Assembly: GCA_044892505.1 (NCBI GenBank)
Contig: CM097882.1
Location: 167,586,001 to 167,649,856, forward strand
Reading direction: 5' to 3'
From: Schmidtea nova
Lineage: Eukaryota
Length of the DNA stretch: 63,856 bases
Made by a program: the position numbers and the translations under genes. Positions 50,001-62,000 of the stretch are shown one piece after another. The notes beneath the pieces are model-generated. The model was not told the origin of the DNA. It made no database searches and saw nothing but the letters and a program-made list of their open reading frames with translations. Within the stretch, counting starts at the first letter, position 1. Every line of letters begins with the position of its first letter.

Positions 50001-53000
50001 AATAGTGAAGTGAGAGTTGGAACTACACATGTTAGTATTTAATTTTTAATTTTGTCTGACATATTTTACTATTAATATTTATAATATTCTGAATTGTATT
50101 AGCAATTATAATTTGATATTCTGGATGTTAAATAAAATTATTGATAAATATACAAAAGACACGATAAAATAAATTGATACTGAAAAGAATGGTGCAGTGG
50201 ATAAACAATGTTACTGATAATATTGAAATTTTTATTTTTTTTATTGTATTAAATTTTATACAATCTTTTTTCAGGCTATTGTAGAATTTGGGAAATGTAT
50301 GGGTACAGCTTGGCTGGAGAGAAATTTGTCTGTGTTTATTAACAAAGTATTGGGATTAGTTGCTAACAGTAAGACCACTCCAACTCACGTTGAAGCTGTT
50401 TATGCAAGAAAGTGTGTAAATTTTATATTGAGAACGGTTATCAGTTTTCTTTTGTCGGATGGTGGTCAAATGTTGGCTGGAAGAGAATTATGTGATATTA
50501 TCAGATATGCTATGTCCAACATGAAGGTTAATCAAAAGTCAAGTTATACCCTAGACTCATTTAGTGAAGACGGAAGTAAAGTTTACCTAAATTCCTCTGG
50601 GGATAACAGTCATCATGTTCTCGTATGTGCCTTGCAAGAGCTAAGTTGCCTTGTTCAAGGACTTAATACAGGAGCAGGTAATTTTTTTATATTTTCTAAA
50701 ATTTTTAAAAAAAACTTCAAATAAGAATTTTTAAATTATCAGCACTGAAATTTAATTAGCGAACAAATTTTTAATTTAAAATGATTTTTTAAAAATTTGT
50801 AATTTTATTTAAAATTTTGTTAAAAACTAAAATTGATTTGCATTTTAGTAGTATTTATTTATAAATTTTAATGATAAATAATATAATAATTTTTTGATTT
50901 GAAATAATTGCGATGAAATTTTTTATTGTGTATTCAGCAATCTTACTTGAAGCACCATCTGCTATTGTCGACTGTATAATGCCGGTGCTCATTCATCCAA
51001 GCAACAGTGCACAATTATCAGCTGCATTTTGTCTTCGTTGTTTAGTGGAAGCGATACCTTCTCAAGTTATTCCAGTTCTTGAAAAATGTTTCAATAAATT
51101 AGATGCCTACAAATCAAGTCCAGAGGCCCTGATCGGTTATAGCTATGCTATAGCGGCTGTGATTGCTAGTGTCAGTCGTATAAATCAACCGATTTACGAT
51201 AAAGGCCAACAAGTTAGGGAAAATTATGTTTTTAATCAAAATTTACTAACACAAATGATTAATTTTTTTTAATGTTATGTCATCGATAATTCTACAATTA
51301 TTTTGGTTTTCATAAATGCATGTTTAAAAAGGAGAACATATACTAAATTTTTTATGCATGTTGCCAGATGTGTTTGATGGTAATCTGCAGTCGGGGGTGG
51401 TATATGTAGCAGCAGTTTCTAGATTTATGCTCGGCGAGATTAAATCTTGATCGAATTGGCTTTCACATAATTTATTATATACAGAAATTTTTGATATGCT
51501 ACATTTATTCTTTTTTTTCAGAAAATCATTATTATCACTCTTATCCAATTTTGATTTGGATTTGTGCCAAATGTTTATTAGAACACATTTTTATTATAAA
51601 TATTTTATTTCCATACACAAATTTGATAAAATTGCAATAACCTCTGGTTTTAATTGTTCCAAGGATTATTTCCAATAAAACAAATAACTCAACACTTGTC
51701 ACTTTCACATGTAGTATCGCGTGATCTCGCTAAGTTGGTGTAAATATTACATCGAAAATACTGAGATCTTCACTTAAATGTTGATTCAACGCCAAAATAA
51801 ATAGTTTAGAATTTCTGTCAAATCTAGAGGTTACATGAGCTATAGCAAGTTAATGAATATTTGTTTTTTATCATAATCAAACCGTTTTGGTTTTTGGATG
51901 ACTTATTGATTAACATTAATTTATAATATAATATCCAATGTTATTTCTAATGACATACGCGTTTGGAGTTTATTTTGATCTCGTTAGTACCACGTAAGAA
52001 ACTCAATCCCACATGGAATCGACCGAGTGACTTTATGACCAGACCTGACAATATAACCGCCTCAAATACCACAATTTGTTAACTGCTCTCATCAAATGTA
52101 TTATGTATATAAATCATTTGTCCGAGTCCATTAGTTATAGAATGTCATTGTTATTAAAATTATAATTTTAGTTCTGAAGGCTCAATTTAGCTTTTATAGA
52201 ATTTTTATTTTCAATACCAAATTAGTTAAGATTCTAAATTCAAAATTTTCAACGATTAATTTAAATATTTTTAGAATAATTTTTTTTGAAACATTTAAAC
52301 TATTATTTTGGCTAGATATTGGAGAAAGCAGAAGAAATCTTACGCTCCAATCAATCCAATTCGAGGCTAGCTCTAGCTGGCTCTCAATCGGCTTGGTTTC
52401 TTATTGGAGCGTGCTCAAATCTGGGGAGTGGTTTTATTAAAAGTCAACTGAAAAAGTTATTGCTTCTATGGAGAAATGCATTTCCGAAAAACAATCAAGA
52501 AATTGAAGCTGAAAGACAGCGTGGTGATGCGGTCACTTGGCAGGTACTATTTAATGTGAATTAATTTCTTAATTTTGGAGTAGTTTTACAGTTGACTTGA
52601 GTATAGTAAATTTTTTTCTTTTTCCAAAATTTATTAATATATTTAAAGCATTTTTTATTATTAAAATGTCCGATTTTTACAAAGAAAATATGAAATAATT
52701 CTGATAATAAAATAATATGTTTAGTAATCAGTCGAAAATTGCCTTTTAGCTAAACTGCAATTTAAAGCAGTTAAAAATCACTCGAGACATTGATAGTTGT
52801 ATGCATTTGCTTCAATTTACATTTTCCAAATATTTTTCTTCTTTTTGTACTTTCTTTTCACTATAATAAATAAAATAAACTCTCATAGACAAGTTAGGCT
52901 AATGCAAAAAGTAAGACGAATTTATAGTCACTGACAAATATTGTTAAACTCTATGTATATAAATTAAATATAACAACAAATTTGTTAATTTATTGTTATT

Positions 53001-56000
53001 AAACTATAAATAAATAAATTAATTAAATAAATAAATAAATAAATATATATATATATATATATATATTTATTTATTTAAATGCTTTTTAGGTTACCTTAGA
53101 ATCACGAAGTGGAGCACTTTGTTCTATTCAAAGTTTTGTCGACAAGTGCGGTCATGAATTGTTAACTGAAGATATTTTGTCGCGGATTTTGCCAATCATT
53201 GACAGTGCACTGCTAATAATGTCACATATTCCGAGCATTTGTAGGTGTTTCGGAGCTCATTTAAAAGCTCCATCTGCAATGTTTCGATTAAGATTGTACA
53301 ATTTATTACTTGTCTTACCGAGTCAAGCATATCATAGTAAGTTATATTAAAAAATAGTTTATTAATTTATAATTCTAATATTTGATAAATATTATGTGAA
53401 ATGATATTATCATTGGTTCATTCATAGAAATTTTATTTGATTTCAAATTTCATACATTTATTATAAAAAATACTTTATAATCTTTCAAATTAATACAAAA
53501 TAATTGATTAGTTCAATTAGTATGTTGGTAGTTCCCAATTTTATTACAAAATCATTTCTTTTAGAGTTTCTGTGTTACCACCATTTTTCAAAATAAATAT
53601 ATAGTACGTATCGTTTTAAAATTTATATATTATTTGTGATTTTATAATTAAAAAAATTAATTATTAATAAAAGAATGATTNNNNNNNNNNNNNNNNNNNN
53701 NNNNNNNNNNNNNNNNNNNNNNNNNNNNNNNNNNNNNNNNNNNNNNNNNNNNNNNNNNNNNNNNNNNNNNNNNNNNNNNNNNNNNNNNNNNNNNNNNNNN
53801 NNNNNNNNAGAAAAAACATTTTAAAAACTAAAATTGACTGTTTTAGTTGTTGAATTTGATTTGGGTACCATATCTTCATGTGTAGTGGTTATAAGACAAG
53901 TCGAAATTGAATCCATTTTAGGAAAGACAGAAATTGCTAATTTAAATTATGTTCGTATGATCAATGTACAGCATATATTTTATTAGTTTATTACATATAC
54001 AAAAAAATTACCGAAACCCGAAGATCTTTCAAAAAATCTTGATTTGGGTTACACAAGAGTGCAAAAGAATATTGTTTCTTTCAATGAAGGCAAAATGAAA
54101 GTTATCACTTCTTTATGGTTTTTTAGTTCAGTGATCTCCAAAAGGGGTTTCCCGGAAGCCTAGGGTTCCGTGGGTTTATGAGCTCTGAAAAAATAAATTG
54201 TTAGCTTTTGAGTTTTCCAGCATATATTTTCCGTTTTTTTTCAAAATTTTTGTCATTTTTACAACAAAAACATGAATGTTCAAGATATTAAACTGACTGA
54301 ACAATCTTCAAAAATAGATGAAGATGGATTTTTCAACTCTGAACGTTAAACAACATGATTGGATTTGGAAACCATTTGGGAATTATGAGACAAAGGAATT
54401 ATTGAAATTATAAGATCAGCTGATTGATGTGAAGGAGGACTTGGTTCAGAAAATGATATTTTTTTCAAGTTGAGGATTTTACTAAATAATCAGTATCCGG
54501 AATTAAGCTAAAAAGCCGTGAAACTTTTGCTGCCTTTTGCAACATCTTATTTATATGAGTTAGGAATCTCTAGCTACAAATGGAAAATCTTTGCCATTCA
54601 CTCGCTAAAAGTGTTAAAATAAATTTATTAACATTATTTAAGTTTTTTGATTTTTTAGTGTGGTTCCGACATAAAAACTTGGAATTTTAGGGCTCCGAGG
54701 ACAAAAAAGTTTGGAAAAAAGCTAGTTGTCAAAAAGCTAAATTAGATAGAGAATGAATATAGTCGGCGATATAAGTTGAATATTGCTGATGGAACAAAAC
54801 AAATTACATTAAAATTGAATGCTTTATTAATAATATCTGTTTCAAAATGAATGGAATGAGCTGATTTCCAATAAATTTCAACAAATAAACCCTTGAAATT
54901 TTTTTAACTGAATCAAATATATCTATTGATAATATTGAATCTATAGAATTAGGTCAAGGTACTTAGAGATTTCCAGCTTTTTATCTTATTCATTAATTTT
55001 AATAAAGTTTTTTTTACAATAAATCTCTTCAAATATTTGACTGTACATTTTCAGTTTCATGTATTTTCAAATAATTATTTCAAAAAGTTTTTCATTTTTT
55101 ATTTGAAAAATAAATTTTTTCACTTGCTTTTGGATTTTATTCAATTTTATTATAATGAATATTGCATGCAAAGAAAATGTTTAATTATAACGTCGGAATA
55201 TAATTTGGGAAGAGACAAAGTTAATAATATAACTATATAAGTTCAGGTAAAACCTTAGTCAAATTATGATCTCAAAGCATGATCTCAAAGTAAAATGATT
55301 GGTAGATTGACTTTCATATCCGTAATTACACCATTTCTTATAAGCAGAAAAATTTGTACAATACTCATTGAATGCATACAAACTTATTAGTGGCATGCAT
55401 TAAGAACCACGTGACAACTACTATAACAGTTATCAAATTCATTTAAAAATAGTCATTTCTAAATAATTATACGAATATTTGCTATTAAAACACAAAAAAA
55501 ATATCGTGCTACTGCCTACTTATAACAGATTAATTCAATAGGAAAATGGTGTATTATGAACTAAGCTGTTTTGTCAGAATGAACAATCAATAAAATATTT
55601 CCTTACTCAAAAATAGACTTCCACGTAGATGAAAGGTAAGCTCGCCTAATATTAAGTCAAGTTTTCGACTTGATTTAATTATAAATTATAAACAAAAGGG
55701 ATCTTTGTTTACATTAGATATTGAAATTCTGATATAATAGCTATGCAAACAATAAAATTAAATATTTAAATTTGAGTTGAATTAAATTGAAAATATATTC
55801 TTGATCTATTGTCTAAAAATATGAAAATATATTAACTTAAATATGGAGAGACAAATGTCAATTCTATAAAAGTTGAGATAATTTCGGTCATCTGTCAGTA
55901 AACGAATTGGTGACAACAGTTTGTTACAATTGCATATACGTTAAAATTATATGTTGATAAATGTTTTTTGTATAAATCAACAACGTTTCGATTGACACTT

Positions 56001-59000
56001 CTTTTAATAACTTCAATTAAAGAGCTTACATTTAAAATGAGTTTAAGGAATATAAACGTAATTTTCCAGTAAAATCTATTTAAATATCACACAATATATG
56101 AATTATTATTATATGTAAATGCTTTTTAAAATACATTTTTTTCTTATATTGTGTTTATTAATCCAGTTGGAGTGTATTTTTTATTTATTTTTGTTTTAAA
56201 TGAGAAAATAAGTAGAATGGTTAAAATTACATCGAGATATTTAATACGTTTTAGTAATGCTTGATCCACATCGACAAAAAGAAATTAAACGTAAAGGTAA
56301 TAATTGAATAAATCAAAACTAATTTTGTTGGAGTTTATTTGTTTAATGAAAATGCATATTAAATGATTGACATTTGTAGTATGATCAGTAACATTAATAA
56401 CAGTATGTTAATAAGATTAATTTTTATTTCGCGCTTGTATTATAAAAAAGAAATATTTTCTGAAATAGTAATCTAATAATATTATAGTTTTTCACTTGTT
56501 AAAATTTTCTTCGTTTTTAGTAGCTCAAAAAATTAATTTTACTATACCTCACATACTGAGACTTTTGTATATTAGGGTAATTTTATTTGATACTATTTAA
56601 ATATTAAATTTCAGATATTTTCTTTTTAAACTCAAAAGATCATAAATTTTTTTTCTTTATTTAACACGAATTTTCGGCACTGCTTTTTTAAATGTTTTTA
56701 CAAAAAGGCAACGCTGCCTTTTTTTAAAAACATTTGAAAAAGGCAGAGCCAAAAATTTGTGTTGTTTTGGAATTTTTTTCATATATTGTTTAATAAATGA
56801 AAATATATGAAATTTGAAAAAAAAGATCAAACGTGACGAAAAATTAAATATGTCAACAAATATAAAATATGTAAATTTTTAATAATAACAAATATCAGAT
56901 TCAACTAAATAATTATAATTTAATAGCAAAATAACGCAATTTTTTATCAATAAAGCCTTTAAATATTTTTTTAAAAAAATTCAATTTTCAAATAGCTTTT
57001 CATCATTCAACTTTTTATTGGTCTATTTGATTCATTTTATTATTTGTTTTAAATTGAAAAATTCACTTGAAATTTTATATTTTATTCGTGTCTTTGGAAA
57101 ATTCGAATGAAACAACAAATGTTCGTTTATTATGAATACATATCCTTGTTTTGCGTCTTTTCGACTTGCGCCACAGCTAAATTAAAACCAACTTTTACTA
57201 TGCATCATAGATATTTTTCTAAGTTGCGTTGTTTGGTTAGTATTTTTATATAATTTCTATATATAAACTTATATAGTTTTCTATATAAATCATAATTCAC
57301 TTTGCGTTGGGATATTTTTGAACGTATTTATGACTGAGAGTAGTGACTTATGTGTATGAAAACCCGAGCAACCAAACAGATGAATAAAAACAATAATTTA
57401 ATTTTATCATGTTTAGTTTATCCAATATTGTTTAGAGATTGAAAACAATTCTTTTAACCAATTTTCATTTTCCTGTTAACATAACTCCAACATTATCTCA
57501 AATACAAACATAATAGAATATTCTTTAGAAAATAAAAAAAATTGATACTAGAAATAAATTCTGACCTAATTGCAAGACTGACGTCAAATTTCACTTGCAA
57601 ATATAGGACTACATATTACCACACATTGAATCTATTGACTAGAGTGGTTCGAGCCCTCCAGCTTTCTTCTTCGTGCGCACCAGGTTTAATATCTCTCGTT
57701 TCATGTGACTCGGTTGGCATTGTGAAGTCACTTTAAGTCAAAATTTCTTGTCAACATCTGCATTTAATTAATATGGAATTACGAATATTTTAATCTAAAG
57801 TTTCAATAAAATAATAATCATTAATTAGTCAATGATTTTCCCTCAAACTATCGCGATCGAGTCGTGGACACTGTATATATTAGAAAGTGACAACTTAAAT
57901 TTGAAAAGTTTTTTGGATATACTTTAATGAAACAAAAAAAGACAAAATGACTTTAAAATTACTATCTAAACAGATTAGTTGGTATGCAGCCTTTGATAAG
58001 CATTTGTGCGCATCGCTAAGCCAATCAAATATTCTGTACAAGCTGGTAACTTGTGCAAATATGTATTCGTACATATATCATATTGAAATTTTAAAAGCAA
58101 AAGGAAATTGTTTAATTTCAATGCGATGAAGTTTTTAATGAAATCGTGATCTTGGTAAACGTTATAAATTATTGGTACTAATATTTAATTAATTTTATTT
58201 ATTAAATAAGCGATTTAAAATTTTTTTGGAAATCACTTTAATATTATATGTTTTTGTTCCTAGAAACGGTCTTTGGAAAATTATTAAGTAATTGAAGAAC
58301 ATATACTAAAATTAATTGACCCGATGAATATGGAAGAAATTCGAAATTTCATACTCGATTAAACTCGGAAACCTCAAAGTATTAACATATTAAAATGAAT
58401 AAATTTTACAAATAAAATGTTTCAACAAATCCTTAAGATTTTTCATTTTGTGATCATAATATTGATTTTTTTAATCAATAATTGAAAGTATTAATTGCGT
58501 AATATTATATAAATTAGTCCAAGCAATTTTGAAAATTCCTCATTTAATTCTCTTAATTTTATCTCATTGTTAGATTTTAAATCAATTGAAATTTATCATA
58601 ATTTATTATTTTAGTATTTAAGTATTTATTAACATACGCAAACTTTCATCCTTATTTTTTATTGTTTTAAAAAAAAAATTCACTCTTTAGTGTTGAATTT
58701 TTCTTCCTGCAATTCAACATTGATAATCCGAACTGGACCAGCTTGAAGTAATTTTATTACTTGTGCAGCCAATCCATCCGCCTTATCGCACAATCTACCT
58801 GTTGAAATAGGTGAAATTTCATCCATAACTATTCTGTTGGTATGGAGGTCTAATACTTACCTTGTGACACTTATCGAAAATTTGCTGTATTACTAAATAG
58901 CATTCGTCTTATCAATGTCTCTCATTTAACTTTTTGAAGGGTTGAATGTCAAAGGGATTACTGGAGAGTGGCACTAAGTTTGTTCGTATCACCTCGGAGT

Positions 59001-62000
59001 GACCTGTGGAAGCCAAGTTTAAAAAAACACTTAATTTTAGTAAAGTTAGAGGCTTCACAATTTTTTATTATTATTATCATGACTTCAAAGGTATGAAGAA
59101 ATTGATGTAATTTGTAGTTTGAAATTCAATCTTAAAAACAAAATATTAAATTTTTAAAAAATTCCCCTTTGTGAAAAAAGTTTTCCTAGCACTAATGATT
59201 GAAGCATATTAAATGTACTACATATTCATGGATTTTTCTACTGTTTTTACTCACATCAATAAATTTTGTGAACATGACTTATAGAATGTGCCTTTTAAAA
59301 TTCACCGGATTTAACCCAAGATTACATAAAAATTTAAGAATTGCAATTTTCTAAATAAACATCAAAATATCCGAAGAAAGTAACAATATAAATTAAAAAA
59401 TGTTTCATTTCTATTGAAATATTTTTAGAAGATTTATTTTGATAAATCGACAAAAATTTTTAATTACTCTTTTAATTGCTGTTTTATTTTCCAAATACAA
59501 AAAAAGCATTTCTTTATTAATAATTTTTCAAAGAAATCCATATGATATTATTAGATTACTTGATATAATTTTTATGATTGAATATCTCTTAATTTGCATG
59601 TGCTATAAAAATTATTTACGTAAAATAATCATAACTGTTTGCTAATAAAGGTACGTATAATACACTGTTGAGAGAATTAGTCGCAGAATTTACTCTGACT
59701 GAGAATCCTTCAAATACTACAACATCATTACTGAGAAGCATGTGCCATGTCGACGATAGTGTTATTCTCGGCTCATGGCTACAAGAAACTGACCATAAAG
59801 AAATTGAAGATCAAGTAATTTACAATTTTTTTCTTTAATATTTATTAAATACTAATTTTTTTAACATTAGAACTACCGCACTCGTCATTTTGACCGGTAT
59901 TACATTTTTACGAGTTTATTCCATTTTTTTAAAAATTACAGTATTTTCACGCATCTTCCACTTTTTTACTTAATTGAAATTGACGTCTCGCCTTATAATC
60001 ATATGGGTTTGATTTAAATAAATTTTTCTTTAATTTGACTTTATGAATTAACCCGTTAACGCCCAATTTAAAAATTTAAAATGGATTGGGATAAATAATG
60101 TTAAATTAAATAATTTTTTTCTCAAAATCTATTTTAAGAACTGAGATAAAAAAAATCATCCTTAGTTCAGTGTAGACTAAAGGAAAAAATAATATTTTTT
60201 ATATTGAATTTGAACATTATTTAATTGCTTTAAAAAAAATAAAATCCTGGCGTCTTATAAATAGGACGCTGGGCTATAACGGGTTAAAATATATTAAAGC
60301 AGAATGCACTCGTCTCAGAGCTTTATACTTTGTCGATTACAGCTTCATTTTCGTTTCAATTTTAAGATTTTTTAAAATTTTCTTTTCTCGGTTTTTCATT
60401 CATTATGCACGATTTCATGAGTTAACTCTTTGAGGCATGGAATTTTGACAAATAAAAAAGCCCGTGTTGCACAAAAAAAATTTATTAAAATTTTAACAAT
60501 TTTGGTTTATTATTATTAATAAAGAAATAAAACTACAAAATAAAATATTAAAAAAATAAAAATACACTTAGGTTTTTAATTATAGGGTGGTGTAGAAAAG
60601 ATCCCACTATGCAGATTTAAGTAACAATAATGTGGGACACTTTTAATCCCGCCATGCCCCAAAGAGTTAATCGATATTTTAACTATGTTAAAATGTTCAT
60701 TGTTTTTAGGTACGTTTGAACAAACCTGTGTCGTGCTGCTGATCTCAGTTATATAAATAAATATAAATTAAATGAAAATAAAAGCTTGGTTTTCGTAATG
60801 AGTAAACTTTTTTATTCGTGGGCGACTTATATAATTTTTGTACTGGAACACGAAAACATGTGAATTTTAATCGAGGGCGTCTCATAATTGAGTGCATCCT
60901 ATATACACTCAAATATGATACATTAAAGAATAAACGAAGATTTAATTACCAACACTATCGATTAAATTTTTAAATGAACCTTTTTATACTATAGAGTCAA
61001 TCACCTGATTCTTTGGTCAGTCGGCAGTTTTGATTATAGAATTTCCTCGGTAGTTCTAATGTTAACTCTTTCAAATCTTGAATTTTTTTTGTATTACATA
61101 CCTGCAAATCCAGCATACATTTTTGCAATTTCAGGCAAAAATGGTAGACTTAAGACAAAAATAATTTTTAAAAAATAAAAAACTATCATGAAAATATGCA
61201 TTCAAAACACTAAATATATTAGTAACTGATGAATTGGGTTTGTACCTGCTCTCATAGGTACCTAGATATTTTTTAGGGTAAACGATACATGTATACATAG
61301 TGGTGACATATAGTAGCCAACGGAGTGCATAAAGTTAATATTGAATTATCAATTGTGAAATGTTGACGAAATATATTTAGTTAAATTTAATCAGTGTCGT
61401 ATGTGTCATCTTTTTTTAACATGTCTAATTTTCTATCTCAAGCCTGGTCTTTAAATGTAAAAAAATGTCAACATATCTTGTTTGATATAATCCTATTTTT
61501 GGAATTTCTTTCTCGGCAAATGATGGCAAAGTAACTGCAATAGCTATTTCTGGACTGTACCTTTCGAATTATTTCAAACTTTTGCGTTTTCTGGGAATGC
61601 CTAGTTGTGTTAAATGAATTCGCTCTTCATATTAACCGGTAATGTACGATTGTGAACAAATTTAGTCGGTTGAATTGTTTACAGTATATCTCTGTTATAA
61701 TTGTTACGCTTGAATTGAGGAATTCCAGTGTACATTAACTTTCATTTTTTTACCAAATACACAGCATTTTATTATGCAGGTGTAATCCACATTTTCAGAC
61801 TGTGCTTAGTATCGGAACACTTGCCGATCATTGGTTTCTCTTCCTGAAATTGACTCGGCGAGCCAACTTTTCATTTCTTGTTATCGTCTTTTCCTCTTGT
61901 GTTAGTTTTCTTGTTAAATATGATATGATAAACTGTAATGATGCTTGTTTTTTTCATTACAAATATTCACTGTCTGTACTCCTTGAGTGTTGGGGGACTA

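Noticed and set aside
50527-50677. Earlier donor aag|gttaat in HEATR5B exon 6
   Set aside because: The frame stays open and conserved [11 protein letters not shown] follows, so the exon extends to 50677.
51324-51548. 74-aa minus-strand ORF in a HEATR5B intron
   Set aside because: No recognisable domain or splice context.
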